A stretch of DNA of 64,000 nucleotides from Clostridia bacterium (GCA_045533905.1 JAZSIR010000016.1:9803-73802); one strand, 5' to 3'; shown: positions 19,165 through 30,515, counted from the first letter of the stretch. Notes: generated by a model not told the origin, from the sequence alone. Program-made: numbers and translations.

Positions 19165-19248
19165 TCGTGCACCTCCTTTTTGCAAAACAAATAAACAAAG
19201 GAAATTATCAAGCAGATAATTTCCTAAACTCTCATACTCCAAAAAGCC

Positions 19249-20262
19249 TTATGCAAACATGGGGCTTACGGAAATATCGGCATATATACGCTTAATGGCT
19301 TCTGCGAAAATCTCCGCAACGGAAAGAACGTGAATCTTGTCGAGCATCTTGTCGGGCGTGAGTGCGATGGTATCGAGAACAAGTAACTCACGGATGGGCG
19401 ACTTTTCGATACGCTCAAGCGCAGGACCCGATAAAACGGGGTGTGTGCAGCAGGCGTAAATTTCCTTTGCGCCGCGTTCCATAAGGGCGGAAGCGCCGTT
19501 TGTGATGGTGCCTGCCGTATCAATCATATCGTCAACGAGGATAATGGTCTTATCCTTGATGTCGCCGATGATATTCATAACCTCTGCTACATTTGCACGC
19601 GGACGTCTTTTGTCGATGATGGCAATCGGCACATCAAGTCGCTGTGCGAACTTGCGGGCGCGTGTTACGCTGCCGAAGTCCGGAGAAACGACAACCACAT
19701 CGTCAAGACGGTCTGCAAATTTTTCAAGGTAATAAGGAGCAAGTTTGGTAAAACCGAGCAGATGATCCACGGGAATATTGAAGAAGCCCTGAATCTGTGC
19801 GGCGTGCAGGTCCATCGTCAGAATACGGTCGGCGCCGGCAGTTTCAATAAGGTCTGCCACAAGCTTTGCCGAAATCGGATCGCGGGCCTTTGCTTTTCTG
19901 TCCTGACGGGCGTAGCCGTAGTAGGGGATAACGGCGGTGATACGGCCGGCAGAAGCACGCTTGAAAGCGTCAATCATAATAAGAAGTTCCATAAGATTGT
20001 CGTTAACCGGATCGCAGGTGGACTGTACCACAAACACATCCGAGCCACGGACAGACTCATTAATATTTACAAAAATTTCACCGTCGCTGAACTTGCCGAC
20101 TTCGGCCTTGCCAAGGGAGATTTCGCCGAGCTGCAGACCGCTTCCGGGGGAACAGAGTTTGTACTCTGCAACCTTATTCTTAAGCTCTGCCACGATGCTG
20201 GCGGCAAGATTGGGGTTGGAGTTGGCGGTGAAGATTTTGATATCGTTTCCGTGGGTTATCAT
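19249..20262 (-). CDS. prs: ribose-phosphate pyrophosphokinase
   Basis: [11 protein letters not shown]…[11 protein letters not shown]…[11 protein letters not shown]…VSPDFG; RBS AAGGAG. Confidence 0.9.
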   Translation of the reverse strand: MITHGNDIKIFTANSNPNLAASIVAELKNKVAEYKLCSPGSGLQLGEISLGKAEVGKFSDGEIFVNINESVRGSDVFVVQSTCDPVNDNLMELLIMIDAFKRASAGRITAVIPYYGYARQDRKAKARDPISAKLVADLIETAGADRILTMDLHAAQIQGFFNIPVDHLLGFTKLAPYYLEKFADRLDDVVVVSPDFGSVTRARKFAQRLDVPIAIIDKRRPRANVAEVMNIIGDIKDKTIILVDDMIDTAGTITNGASALMERGAKEIYACCTHPVLSGPALERIEKSPIRELLVLDTIALTPDKMLDKIHVLSVAEIFAEAIKRIYADISVSPMFA

Positions 20263-20343
20263 CTGTAATCGCTCCTTCTTAAATTCTCTTTTTATATTGT
20301 ACCGCATTTTGCCTTAAAAAGCAATATAAACTTTAGGAAAAAA

Positions 20344-21633
20344 TCAAAAATTTTCCCGAAGTGCAGCAAGGGAACGTTGGGCGAGAGCCATATACCGTTC
20401 GCGCTTATCTCGGATGCGCGCAGATAGCGGCGGCAGGATGCCAAAATTCGCATTCATCGGCTGAAAAGAGCCGACCGATTCCGAAGAGATATAGCGGGAA
20501 AGCGCACCAATCATCGTCTCAGGCGGCAGAATTTCGATGGATTCACCTTTGACTCTTTTTGCGGCATTGCGCCCTGCCATAATGCCGGATGCGGCCGATT
20601 CCATATACCCCTCTACACCCGTGATCTGCCCTGCAAAGAATACATCCGGATTTGCGCGAAGCGAAAAGTCCGCCGAGAGAAGATGCGGGGAATTTATAAA
20701 GCTGTTTCGGTGCATTACGCCGTAGCGCACAAATTCCGCATCGCAAAGCGCGGGAATCATAGAAAAAACGCGCTTTTGTTCGCCCCATTTGAGATTTGTC
20801 TGAAAGCCTACAATGTTGTAGAGTGTACCCTCTTTATTATCCTGCCGAAGCTGCACTACGGCATAGGGACGTTTGTCAGTCCCCGGCTCGCGAAGCCCGA
20901 CGGGGCGAAGCGGTCCGTAGAGAAGCGTATCGTGTCCGCGGCCGGCCATCACTTCCACCGGCATACAGCCTTCAAATACCGAAAGCTTATCGGCACCATG
21001 CTGCGGTGCACGCTCGGCGGTGATGAGTGCCTCGTAAAAAGCATCATATTCTTCCCGCGTCATAGGGCAGTTTATATAGTCGTCATCTCCGCGGCCATAT
21101 CGGGCGCCGAAAAAGGCGCGCGTCATATCAATGCTGTCGCGTTCTATAATAGGTGCGGCGGCATCAAAAAAGCTCAAAGAGTCGCCGCAAAGCTTTTGGA
21201 TTTCTTCGGCGAGGGCACCGTCGGTAAGCGGGCCCGTGGCAATTACTGTGATGCCGTCAGCCGGAATGCGCGTAACTTCCTCCCGCACGACGGTAATAAG
21301 AGGGTGCGCGGTGAGCCTTTTCGTAATTTCTTTTGCGAAAAGCTCGCGGTCAACGGCCAATGCGCCGCCGGCCGGCACGCTCGTTTCCTTCGCTACCGAA
21401 ACGGTAAGAGAGCCGAAAAATTCCATTTCGGCTTTTAAAAGCCCGCCTGCGGAATCGAGGCGGGAGGCTTTTAAGGAATTACTGCATACAAGCTCACATA
21501 AATCTTCCATTTGGTGGGCGGGGGAGAAGCGGTGCGGCTTCATTTCGTGCAAAACGACTTCTACGCCTCGCTCCGCCGCGGCAAACGCGGCTTCACAGCC
21601 CGCAAGTCCTCCACCGATTATATGGATTTGCAT
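20344..21633 (-). CDS. trmFO: methylenetetrahydrofolate--tRNA-(uracil-5-)-methyltransferase
   Basis: MQIHIIGGGLAGCEAA…, Gid/TrmFO family; 3-nt gap to topA. Confidence 0.85.
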   Translation of the reverse strand: MQIHIIGGGLAGCEAAFAAAERGVEVVLHEMKPHRFSPAHQMEDLCELVCSNSLKASRLDSAGGLLKAEMEFFGSLTVSVAKETSVPAGGALAVDRELFAKEITKRLTAHPLITVVREEVTRIPADGITVIATGPLTDGALAEEIQKLCGDSLSFFDAAAPIIERDSIDMTRAFFGARYGRGDDDYINCPMTREEYDAFYEALITAERAPQHGADKLSVFEGCMPVEVMAGRGHDTLLYGPLRPVGLREPGTDKRPYAVVQLRQDNKEGTLYNIVGFQTNLKWGEQKRVFSMIPALCDAEFVRYGVMHRNSFINSPHLLSADFSLRANPDVFFAGQITGVEGYMESAASGIMAGRNAAKRVKGESIEILPPETMIGALSRYISSESVGSFQPMNANFGILPPLSARIRDKRERYMALAQRSLAALRENF

Positions 21634-21636
21634 ACT

Positions 21637-23706
21637 TTATTTCTCCTTTGATTTTTCACAATCACGGTTTGAGCATACAGCCTTTGTCGTACGGCCTTTT
21701 TTCTTTGAGACCATCGGACTCCGGCACACGTCACAAAGCGCACCTGTCGGCTTATCCCATAAGAGTACGCCGCAGGTTTCGTTGTTTTCACAGGCGTAGA
21801 ATACGCGCCCCTTTTTCGAATGACGCTCCAGTACCTTGCCGCCGCAGCGGGGGCAGGGAATACCGATATCGGTCACAATGGGTTTTGCATTGCGGCAGGC
21901 AGGAAAGCCCGGGCAAGCCAGGAATTTCCCAAAGCGGCCCATTTTATAGACCATATTGCGGCCGCACTTTTCGCAGATTACATCGGAAACTTCGTCCGTA
22001 AGCGAAACCTTTCCGATGGCGGCATCAGCCTTTTCAAGCGTTTCCGAGAAGGGACTGTAGAAACTGCGTAAAATTTTCACCCAGTTTTCCTGTCCTTCTT
22101 CTACGCGGTCAAGCTGTGCTTCCATATCGGCGGTAAATTCCACATTGATTAGGGAACCGAAATGCTCGGTCATAAGGTCTGTTGTTACATAGCCGAGTTC
22201 TGTGGGCATAAACAGTTTTTTCTCGCGCACCACATAGCCGCGGTTTAAAATGGTGGAAATTGTCGGTGCATACGTACTCGGGCGTCCGATACCCTTTTCT
22301 TCCATAGCACGGATAAGCGCACCTTCTGTATAGCGGGAAGGCGGCTCTGTAAAGCGCTGCTGCTTTTCGAGGTTAACAAGCGAAAGCGCATCGCCGGACT
22401 GGAGTGTGGGCATATCGGAAGATTCCTCTTCGTTTTCGGTTTCCACCTTATAAACCGATTCAAAACCGGCAAATTTCACTTTGGCAAAAGATGCCTTGAA
22501 GGTGTAAGCGCCGGCGCTGATATCTGTCTGCAGCGTCGTATACACCGCATCTACCATCTGGCTTGCCATAAAGCGCTCCCAGATGAGTTTGTAGAGCTTA
22601 TACTGGTCGCTCGGCAAGGTTTTCTTGGCGATTTCAGGCGTAATCTGCACATTGGTGGGACGGATTGCTTCATGCGCATCCTGCGCCGCGGCACGCGATT
22701 TGTAAACACGCGGGCGGGTGGGGACATAGGCACTTCCGTAGCGACTCTGAATGTAGGAAAGCGCAGAGAGAGAGGCTTCCGCAGAAATGCGGAGCGAGTC
22801 CGTACGCATATAGGTGATAAGACCGATCGTGCCGTGCCCTTCAATATCTACACCTTCGTAGAGAATCTGGGCTGCAGACATCGTCTTGCGGGAGGTGAAC
22901 CCGAGCCGTCTTGCCGCTTCCTGCTGCATTGTGCTTGTTGTGAAGGGCGGGGCAGGGGATTTCTTCCGTTCATCATATTTGGCAGAGGCCACAGAGAACG
23001 AAGCGTTTTTGAGGTCTGCCGAAACGGCTTCGGCCGTCTTCTGGTCGCGAATCGTTATCCTTTTGCCATTTTTGCCGTGGAGCTTTGCGCGAAATGCCTT
23101 GCCGCTTTTGGCTTTCAGGTCCGCAGCAACATTCCAGAATTCGTCCGGAATAAACTTTTCAATTTCGCGTTCGCGTTCTACAACAAGACGTGTAACTACC
23201 GACTGTACACGGCCGGCACTAAGCCCCTTCTTAACCTTTCGCCACAGGAGAGGGCTCAGCTTGTACCCTACAATACGGTCAAGCACGCGGCGTGCCTGCT
23301 GGGCATCTACAAGGTCGGAGTTTATGGCACGCGGCTCTTTAACAGCCGCTTTCAGTACGTTCTCTGTGATTTCATTAAAGGTAATGCGGCACTTCGAGGA
23401 GGGATCAATCTCCAGAATGTGCGCAAGATGCCAGGAAATGGCTTCGCCTTCGCGGTCAGGGTCAGTGGCGAGATATACGTGCTTGGCCGCTTTGGCTTCC
23501 TTTTTGAGGGTTGCCAGAAGGTCACCTTTTCCGCGAATGGTAATATATTTCGGTGCAAAATCGTTCTCGATGTCAATGCCGAGCTGACTTTTCGGTAAGT
23601 CACGAAGATGCCCGAAAGAGGCGAGGACTGTATAGTCCCGTCCCAGATATTTTTTAATTGTCTTTGCTTTTGCGGGAGACTCCACAATAATTAAATTCTT
23701 CGCCAT
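21637..23706 (-). CDS. topA: DNA topoisomerase I
   Basis: Toprim N-terminus (LIIVESPAKAKTI), C-terminal Zn-ribbon Cys repeats. Confidence 0.9.
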   Translation of the reverse strand: MAKNLIIVESPAKAKTIKKYLGRDYTVLASFGHLRDLPKSQLGIDIENDFAPKYITIRGKGDLLATLKKEAKAAKHVYLATDPDREGEAISWHLAHILEIDPSSKCRITFNEITENVLKAAVKEPRAINSDLVDAQQARRVLDRIVGYKLSPLLWRKVKKGLSAGRVQSVVTRLVVEREREIEKFIPDEFWNVAADLKAKSGKAFRAKLHGKNGKRITIRDQKTAEAVSADLKNASFSVASAKYDERKKSPAPPFTTSTMQQEAARRLGFTSRKTMSAAQILYEGVDIEGHGTIGLITYMRTDSLRISAEASLSALSYIQSRYGSAYVPTRPRVYKSRAAAQDAHEAIRPTNVQITPEIAKKTLPSDQYKLYKLIWERFMASQMVDAVYTTLQTDISAGAYTFKASFAKVKFAGFESVYKVETENEEESSDMPTLQSGDALSLVNLEKQQRFTEPPSRYTEGALIRAMEEKGIGRPSTYAPTISTILNRGYVVREKKLFMPTELGYVTTDLMTEHFGSLINVEFTADMEAQLDRVEEGQENWVKILRSFYSPFSETLEKADAAIGKVSLTDEVSDVICEKCGRNMVYKMGRFGKFLACPGFPACRNAKPIVTDIGIPCPRCGGKVLERHSKKGRVFYACENNETCGVLLWDKPTGALCDVCRSPMVSKKKGRTTKAVCSNRDCEKSKEK

Positions 23707-23774
23707 GACAAATTCCTTTCTGCGCGTTGCTTTAATTACAGTACCACAGATAATGTCTGTTTGTAAAGGTCTTT

Positions 23775-25610
23775 TTAATTTTTTTTCAATTTTTCCGAAA
23801 AATATGCAAACACATTTTCGGCGGTGCGCCGGTCGAGACCCTTTACTTCACAAAGTGTCTCAAGGGAAGCCGTGCGGATTGCCGTAACCGATTTGAAGTG
23901 GCGCATAAGAGCCTTCTTTTTTTGCGGACCCACACCGCGGATGCCGTCCAGCTCGCCCGAAAATGATTTTTGTTCTCTCAACTTTTTATGATAGGTGATG
24001 GCAAAACGGTGCGCTTCGTCCTGAATGAGCGTTACAAGGCGGAAGGCGGCGGAAGCAGGTGCCAGGCCGACTTCACCGTCTGCACGGATAAGGCCGCGCG
24101 TGCGGTGACGGTCATTCTTCACCATACCGAGAACAGGCACGGCAATGGCAAGACGGGAAAGAACTTCTTCCGCGGCGTGCACATGCCCTATGCCGCCGTC
24201 CACGAGAATCAGGTCAGGCAGGGCGGCAAAGTCATCGCTCTGATCGTGGTACCGCATAAAGCGACGCACCAGAATTTCCTTCATACAGTCATAGTCATTG
24301 GAGCCGATAATATATTTCACCTTGAAACGCTTGTATTCGGCAGGGGCCTTTTTGCCGTGCAGAAAGACAACCATCGAGCCTACGTTCTCGCTGCCGCCGG
24401 TATTTGAAATATCATACGCCTCAATGCGGTCGGGCAGTGCGGAAAGCCCGATTTCCTCGGCAAGCTCGGAAAGTGCCTTGTCCCGATTCGTTTTTCGCAG
24501 CACGTCAATTTTGAAGGTTTCGAGCGCGTGACTCGAATTTTTCGTGGCCATTTCACAAAGACGGCGCATTTCACCGCGTTTCGGTGCGCGAACGGCTACG
24601 TTCTTTCCCCGTTTTTCGGAAAGCCACGTGCAAAGGGTATCTGCATCCGGAAGCGGCGTCGCTGTAAGCACTTCGGGCGGGACATCCACATCGCGGCTGT
24701 AATAGGCCTCTATAAAATCCGAAAGCGTTTCGGCCTCCAGGGAATAGAGCCTTTCGCTTTCGCGGTAGGAGCGACTGCCGAGAAGCTTTCCGCCGCGTAG
24801 GAAGAACACAGTGAAAACTGCAAGGTCCTCGTCAAGAGCCAGTGCAAAAATGTCAGCGTCCCGTGTGGAACCGATGACCTTCTGGTCGCGTGCGATGCGG
24901 CGGATGCCGTCAATTTTATCACGGTAAGAAGCTGCCGCTTCGAATGCAAGGCGGGAGGCGGCGTCTTCCATTTTCTCTTCGAGGTCAGATATCAGGCGCG
25001 CGTGTTCGCCGCGGAGGAAACGGGAAACTTCTTTGAAAATTTTTTTGTATTCTTCGGAGGAAATGTTCCCCGTGCATGGCGCATGGCAGCGGTGCATCGC
25101 GTGGTAGAGGCAGGGGCGCGCTTTGCCGATGTCCTCCGGAAAACGCTTTGCACAGTGCTGAATGCCGAAAATGCGGCGCACCACGGAAAGCGTTTCATTG
25201 ATAACCGCGCTACTCGGATACGGACCAAAATATTCAGCACCATCATCCTCTTCCTTTTTGCGGGCCAGCATAATGCGCGGATAAGCTTCATTTGTAATTT
25301 TGATAAACGGATACCCCTTATCATCTTTGAGAAGAATGTTATAGCGGGGCTTGTGTTTTTTTATAAGGTTACTTTCAAGGCAGAGTGCCTCAAATTCCGT
25401 GTCGGTCAGAATGTATTCAAAGTCCGCAATTTTGGAAATCATAGCGCTGACCTTCGGGGGATGGTCAACGCCGTGAAAGTACTGGCGGACGCGGTTTTTC
25501 AGTATTTTGGCTTTTCCTACATAAATAATAGTGCCGCCCGCGTCGCGCATAATATATACGCCGGGGGAGGAGGGGAGGTTTTTCAGTTTTTCTGTCAGGA
25601 TATCGTTCAT
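23775..25610 (-). CDS. uvrC: excinuclease ABC subunit C
   Basis: GIY-YIG N-terminus (PGVYIMRD…IYVGKAK), UvrC family length. Confidence 0.9.
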   Translation of the reverse strand: MNDILTEKLKNLPSSPGVYIMRDAGGTIIYVGKAKILKNRVRQYFHGVDHPPKVSAMISKIADFEYILTDTEFEALCLESNLIKKHKPRYNILLKDDKGYPFIKITNEAYPRIMLARKKEEDDGAEYFGPYPSSAVINETLSVVRRIFGIQHCAKRFPEDIGKARPCLYHAMHRCHAPCTGNISSEEYKKIFKEVSRFLRGEHARLISDLEEKMEDAASRLAFEAAASYRDKIDGIRRIARDQKVIGSTRDADIFALALDEDLAVFTVFFLRGGKLLGSRSYRESERLYSLEAETLSDFIEAYYSRDVDVPPEVLTATPLPDADTLCTWLSEKRGKNVAVRAPKRGEMRRLCEMATKNSSHALETFKIDVLRKTNRDKALSELAEEIGLSALPDRIEAYDISNTGGSENVGSMVVFLHGKKAPAEYKRFKVKYIIGSNDYDCMKEILVRRFMRYHDQSDDFAALPDLILVDGGIGHVHAAEEVLSRLAIAVPVLGMVKNDRHRTRGLIRADGEVGLAPASAAFRLVTLIQDEAHRFAITYHKKLREQKSFSGELDGIRGVGPQKKKALMRHFKSVTAIRTASLETLCEVKGLDRRTAENVFAYFSEKLKKN

Positions 25611-25631
25611 ATGCTAAATCCTTTCATAGTC

Positions 25632-25660
25632 AAAAAAACAGCCATATAGGCTGTTTTTTA
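25632..25660 (-). terminator. terminator downstream of ptsH
   Basis: AAAAAAACAGCC-tatat-AGGCTGTTTTTT. Confidence 0.8.
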
Positions 25661-25671
25661 TATTCATAGGA

Positions 25672-25935
25672 TTATTCAGACACACCTTCACTTATCAGCG
25701 CGGTCAAAGCCTCAATGGCTTCGCCTTCGTCAGCACCGTCGGCCGAGAGAAGAATTTCTGTGCCGCGGGTGATACCAAGGGATAAGATGCCCAAAAGGCT
25801 CTTGGCATTCACACGGCGCGATTCTTTTTCCACCCAGATGCCGGCTTTGAATTCGTTGGCTTTCTGGATAAATAATGTAGCTGCTTTGGCATGCAGGCCA
25901 ACCTGATTGAGAACAACGACGCTTTTCGAAACCAT
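25672..25935 (-). CDS. ptsH: phosphocarrier protein HPr
   Basis: 87-aa PTS-HPr fold (…LHAKAATLFIQKA…AKSLLGIL…); the phosphorylated His is conserved. Confidence 0.8.
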   Translation of the reverse strand: MVSKSVVVLNQVGLHAKAATLFIQKANEFKAGIWVEKESRRVNAKSLLGILSLGITRGTEILLSADGADEGEAIEALTALISEGVSE

Positions 25936-26092
25936 AAACTTACGCTCCTAAGGCTAAATTTCAGACTGTGTGCCTTTTTCAATACGCATATTGTAAAAGG
26001 AAGCAGCACGCGCGGCGCTTCACTTCCGTATTCTTCAGCACGATACAAAAGTCATAAGCGGGCGGCACAGCCGCCCGAACCATACAGACTTT

Positions 26093-26272
26093 TTATTCTG
26101 CTACCTTTACGACCTCTCTACCCTTGTAGTAGCCGCAGGCACTGCAAATGCGATGGGGACGAATCAGAGCATTGCACTTCGGGCATGCAATCATGCCGGG
26201 AACTTCGAGCTTGTATGTTGCACGTCTCTTATCGCGCCTCGCCTTAGATATTTTATTCTTCGGTACTGCCAT
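26093..26272 (-). CDS. rpmF: 50S ribosomal protein L32
   Basis: MAVPKNKISKARRDKRR…CPKCNALIRPHRICSACGYY. Confidence 0.9.
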   Translation of the reverse strand: MAVPKNKISKARRDKRRATYKLEVPGMIACPKCNALIRPHRICSACGYYKGREVVKVAE

Positions 26273-26328
26273 CTTCCACACCTCATCTTTCCGGAATCCA
26301 AACTATGTGTTTAGTAGTAACACACGAT

Positions 26329-26357
26329 ATTATACCGCCTTTTGGGCGTTTTGTCAA
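26329..26357 (-). promoter_or_regulatory. consensus sigma-A promoter for rpmF (TTGACA-17-TATAAT on the minus strand)
   Basis: cTTGACAaaacgcccaaaaggcggTATAATatc read on the reverse strand, ~50 nt upstream of rpmF. Confidence 0.6.
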
Positions 26358-26399
26358 GAAGTTTTTGCAAAAATTCTGTATTTTGGGGTTTTTTCGCAT

Positions 26400-27431
26400 T
26401 TATACGAGGCGAACACCTTCGTCGCCGCTTTCTACGGTACCGATTTTGTATACCGTTTCGCCGGCTGCTTCCAAAATTGCTTTTGCTTCATCTGCCGCAT
26501 CCTTCGGAACGGCCACAATCATACCAATACCCATATTGAAGGTGTTGTACATTTCGGAAGCGGGGATGTTGCCGGTCTTCTGCATCAGGGTGAAGATTGG
26601 CGGCATCGGGTAAGAAGCCGTGTCAATCACTGCAGTAAGACCTTCGCGCATCATACGCGGTACGTTTTCGATAAAGCCGCCGCCTGTGATATGGCTGATG
26701 GCGCGAACTTCCACCTTTTCCATAAGGGCGAGGATGGCCTTTACGTAAATGCGCGTCGGCGCGAGGAGTGCTTCGCCAAGCGTTTTGCCAAGCTCGTCAT
26801 AGTGCTTTGCAAGTACCTCAGGCGCAGAAATATTGAAGAGCTTACGAACGAGCGAGAAGCCGTTCGAATGTACGCCCGAGGAGGCAAGGCCTAAAAGAAC
26901 ATCGCCTTCCGAAAGCTTTGTGCCGTCAATAATGCGCTTTTTATCAACAATACCCACAGCAAAGCCCGCAAGGTCATATTCGTCCACGGGGTAAAAGCCG
27001 GGCATTTCAGCCGTTTCGCCGCCGATTAAGGCGCAGCCGGACTGTACACAGCCGTCTGCAACACCCTTTACAATGTCGGCTACCTTTTGCGGCTCATTTT
27101 TGCCAACGGCCACATAGTCGAGGAAAAAGAGCGGCTTTGCACCGGAGCAAACGATGTCGTTTACACACATCGCTACACAGTCCTGCCCCACAGTATCGTG
27201 CTTGTCCATTAAAAAGGCAAGCTTCAGTTTGGTGCCGACACCGTCTGTGCCGGAAACCAGAACGGGTTCTTCCATACCGGTAAGATTCGGAGCAAAAAGA
27301 CCGCCGAAACCGCCGATGGGGGAGAGAACGCCGCTTGTTGTAGTTCTCTTTACGTGTTCCTTCATAAGGCGAACTGCCTCGTATCCGGCCTCAATATTTA
27401 CGCCGGCTGCGCTGTAAGCATTATTACTCAT
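26400..27431 (-). CDS. purM: phosphoribosylformylglycinamidine cyclo-ligase
   Basis: AIR synthase family; the start [14 protein letters not shown] overlaps the purF stop by 8 nt. Confidence 0.9.
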   Translation of the reverse strand: MSNNAYSAAGVNIEAGYEAVRLMKEHVKRTTTSGVLSPIGGFGGLFAPNLTGMEEPVLVSGTDGVGTKLKLAFLMDKHDTVGQDCVAMCVNDIVCSGAKPLFFLDYVAVGKNEPQKVADIVKGVADGCVQSGCALIGGETAEMPGFYPVDEYDLAGFAVGIVDKKRIIDGTKLSEGDVLLGLASSGVHSNGFSLVRKLFNISAPEVLAKHYDELGKTLGEALLAPTRIYVKAILALMEKVEVRAISHITGGGFIENVPRMMREGLTAVIDTASYPMPPIFTLMQKTGNIPASEMYNTFNMGIGMIVAVPKDAADEAKAILEAAGETVYKIGTVESGDEGVRLV

Positions 27432-28848
27432 TTTCACCGATTCTCCTTTCCTGGAAAGAGCGAAGTTCACGCTCTGCGGGAATTTCTATATCATATTTAC
27501 CCGTGAAGCACGCATCGCAGAAGCCGCGCGTTCTGTCGGGCAAAAGGGAACCAAGGTCTTCAATGCGGAGGAATGCAAGGGAATCTGCACCGAATTTCTC
27601 CCGCATTTCTTCGGGGGTGTACTTGTACGCGATGAGTTCGTCACGTGTCGGGATATCTGTGCCGAAGTAGCACGGCCAGAGGAAGAGGGGGGAGGAAATG
27701 CGCATATGCACTTCCGTAGCGCCGGCTTTTTTCAGCATCATAATCAGCTTTCTGCAGGTGGTACCGCGTACGATGGAGTCGTCTACGATAACCACACGCT
27801 TGCCGCGCACGTTTGCGGCAAGAACATTGAGCTTTATATCCACGCTCTGCTCGCGCATTGCCTGCGAGGGCTGAATGAAGGTGCGGCCGATGTAGCGGTT
27901 TTTGATAAGACCGGTACCGTACGGAATACCGCTTTCTTCCGCATAGCCGATGGCGGCACAGATGCCGGAATCGGGAACGCCGATTACGATGTCTGCCTCT
28001 ACAGGGTCAGACTTTGCAAGGGCGCGGCCCGCCTGCACGCGTGCATCATATACGCTCGTTCCTTCAATGATGCTGTCGGGACGGGCAAAATAAATGTATT
28101 CAAAAATGCAGAGTGCACTTTTATCTGTGCAGTTTTCTGTGATGGAGCGGATGCCGTTTTCGTCAGCGATTACAACTTCACCCGGCTCCACATCGCGCAC
28201 ATAGGTTGCGCCGATGGCGTCCAGTGCGCACGTTTCGGAGGCGAAGATGTAGCTGTTTTCCTTTTTGCCGATGCATAAAGGACGGTACCCGAGGGGATCA
28301 CGTGCGGCCATAAGCTTTCTGGGGCTCATTACAAGAACAGAGTAGCCGCCGCGGAGCTTTTTCAGAACACGTACAAGCGCCTCTTCAATGGAAGGTGCAT
28401 TTACACGTTCGCGTGCAAGAAGATAGTTGATAATTTCTGTGTCACTCGTCGTCTGGAAAATGGCGCCGTCCGCCTCGAGCTTTGCGCGCTCGCCGACAGG
28501 GTCGGCAAGGCTGCCGTTATAGGCTGTGGCGAGTGTACCTTTACTGTAGCGTGTTACAAGCGGCTGCGCATCCTCGCGCACCTTGCTGGATGCAGCATAG
28601 CGCACATGGCCGAGAGCGGCCGTGCCCTTCAGGTGGTTCAGAACAACCTCATTGAAAACATCGGGCACAAGACCCTGGTCCTTGTGATAAATAATCACGC
28701 CGTCGTCGTTTACTGCAATGCCCGCGCTTTCCTGACCGCGGTGCTGCAGCGCATAGAGGGCGTAGTAAGTCAGATGTGCAGGATCGAGGCCGTCGCGGTC
28801 AAATATACCGAAAAGGCCACATTCCTCGTGTAATTTTCCGTCGTACAT
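27424..28848 (-). CDS. purF: amidophosphoribosyltransferase
   Basis: N-terminal CGLFGIF…, PRTase motif; RBS GGGGGA. Confidence 0.9.
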   Translation of the reverse strand: MYDGKLHEECGLFGIFDRDGLDPAHLTYYALYALQHRGQESAGIAVNDDGVIIYHKDQGLVPDVFNEVVLNHLKGTAALGHVRYAASSKVREDAQPLVTRYSKGTLATAYNGSLADPVGERAKLEADGAIFQTTSDTEIINYLLARERVNAPSIEEALVRVLKKLRGGYSVLVMSPRKLMAARDPLGYRPLCIGKKENSYIFASETCALDAIGATYVRDVEPGEVVIADENGIRSITENCTDKSALCIFEYIYFARPDSIIEGTSVYDARVQAGRALAKSDPVEADIVIGVPDSGICAAIGYAEESGIPYGTGLIKNRYIGRTFIQPSQAMREQSVDIKLNVLAANVRGKRVVIVDDSIVRGTTCRKLIMMLKKAGATEVHMRISSPLFLWPCYFGTDIPTRDELIAYKYTPEEMREKFGADSLAFLRIEDLGSLLPDRTRGFCDACFTGKYDIEIPAERELRSFQERRIGENE

Positions 28849-28871
28849 ATTGTATTCCCCCTGGTATCAGA

Positions 28872-29372
28872 TTAAAGATTTCGAAGTTCGTCCTGAAGCT
28901 TTGCATCCTTTTCGCCTACTTCGCGGAGCATAGAAAGCTTGTGTTCTTCCAACTTTTCCGCAACCGAAGGATTCGAAAGCGCAATTATCTGTGCAGCTAA
29001 AATGGCTGCATTTTCACCGCCGTCAATTGCCACGGTTGCTACCGGAATCCCCTTCGGCATCTGTACGATGGAGAGAAGGGAATCGAGCCCGTCCATTGTC
29101 GAGGATTTAATCGGGATACCGATTACCGGGAGGGTAGTAAAGGCAGCAAGCACACCCGGAAGATGTGCGGCTTTGCCTGCGGCGCCGATAATTACGGAGA
29201 AACCGCGTTCCTTTGCGTTTTTGGCAAAAGTGGCAGCGGCATCCGGTGTGCGGTGCGCGGAAAGAACGCGTGCTTCCACCTCGATGCCGAATTTACGGAG
29301 TGCCAAAATGCACGGGCGAAGTGCCGGTAAATCGGAATCGCTTCCCATAATAAGTGCTACTTTCGGAGACAT
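28872..29372 (-). CDS. purE: 5-(carboxyamino)imidazole ribonucleotide mutase
   Basis: MSPKVALIMGSDSDL… PurE family; start chosen for RBS spacing (GAAAGGA-8-ATG). Confidence 0.85.
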   Translation of the reverse strand: MSPKVALIMGSDSDLPALRPCILALRKFGIEVEARVLSAHRTPDAAATFAKNAKERGFSVIIGAAGKAAHLPGVLAAFTTLPVIGIPIKSSTMDGLDSLLSIVQMPKGIPVATVAIDGGENAAILAAQIIALSNPSVAEKLEEHKLSMLREVGEKDAKLQDELRNL

Positions 29373-29385
29373 ATGAACCATCCTT

Positions 29386-30336
29386 TCAGATCATAAAAGT
29401 ATATATAAAGGGTAGAGTTACAAGGCTTGCCGCTGTCGTTATGCAAATGGCGGTTGCGGCATATTCGGTATCTCCGCCGAACTCCTCCGTCAGAACGGCA
29501 AAAACCGACTGGCAGGGCATAGCAATCTGCATCGCTACCACAGAGGGCAGGATGGCATCCATCGGGAGCTCGAGCGAAGGAAGAAGCCAGCGAAGGGCGA
29601 AGAGCGCCCCGAGCGGCATTAAAATCATCTTGATCAGAATAATGGTAATTGCAGAAAGCGAGGATAAAAGAGCGGCAGGCTTTACCGAGGCGAGCGAAGC
29701 GCCGAGGAAAAGCATAGATAACACCGTGGTGGTGTTGCCGATAGAAGAAGCGGCTTCGTGCAGAAAATCGGGAAGCCGGAGAGAAAAGATAAACATAAAC
29801 GCCCCGATAAGATACGAAAGCGTGGTGGGATTTAGGAGCCTTTGGAAATTGAATTTTCCGTTCTTTGTGCGGCTTAAAATCAGAACGCCCACGGTCCAGG
29901 CTGTAAGGTCATTTGCAATTGTGAAGAACGCGGCATAAAATACAGCTTCGGGTCCCCAAAGTGCTTCGAGAAGGGGATATGCGAGGAAAATGGTGTTCCC
30001 GAATGCCGTAAGGCAGGTGTGCACGTTTTTTCGTTTATTGCCGAAGCGGAAGGGCGCCGCCGAAACGCTCCCAAGAAAAAGGAGAATACCCACAAACAAA
30101 ATACCGAGCACAAAAATGGCGATGGCGGTGTTTTGCGTTTCAGCCGTTTTCACCTGTCCCGAAAGCGTGGTGATAACGAGAAGCGGAAGCGTGATGCGGG
30201 TAAGAAGCTGGGAAGTAGCGCCTTTCAGGTTTTTCACGAGCCCTGTTTTGTCCGCTATGAGCCCTACCAGCATAATCACAAAAAGCCATACGATTTTCTC
30301 TAAGATTACGCTCAAAAAGACCACGCATCCTTCCAT
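29386..30336 (-). CDS. AEC (auxin efflux carrier)-family membrane transporter
   Basis: ~10 TM, AEC-like N-terminus (VILEKIVWLFVIMLVGLIADKTGLV); 13 nt upstream of purE; extended -10 promoter TTACAA-17-TGaTATACT upstream. Confidence 0.7.
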   Translation of the reverse strand: MEGCVVFLSVILEKIVWLFVIMLVGLIADKTGLVKNLKGATSQLLTRITLPLLVITTLSGQVKTAETQNTAIAIFVLGILFVGILLFLGSVSAAPFRFGNKRKNVHTCLTAFGNTIFLAYPLLEALWGPEAVFYAAFFTIANDLTAWTVGVLILSRTKNGKFNFQRLLNPTTLSYLIGAFMFIFSLRLPDFLHEAASSIGNTTTVLSMLFLGASLASVKPAALLSSLSAITIILIKMILMPLGALFALRWLLPSLELPMDAILPSVVAMQIAMPCQSVFAVLTEEFGGDTEYAATAICITTAASLVTLPFIYTFMI

Positions 30337-30515
30337 CAAAAATACACACTAGAGTATATCACAAAACACATCCCTTTGTAAATAGAAAATGCAAAAAGAA
30401 GGGAATTTTGTTGACAAAATATATAAATAGGAGAAAGAGGGGAGAAAAAATAGGGCAAACATACCAAAGTATGTGCATATACTATATATACAACTTCGGA
30501 AAAGGAGAGAACAAG

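Noticed and set aside
30337-30515. Purine riboswitch or PurBox upstream of the AEC-purEFM unit
   Set aside because: Read on the minus strand, the leader is ~20 nt from a TTACAA-17-TGaTATACT promoter to the ATG. There is no room for an aptamer and no guanine-riboswitch core sequence.
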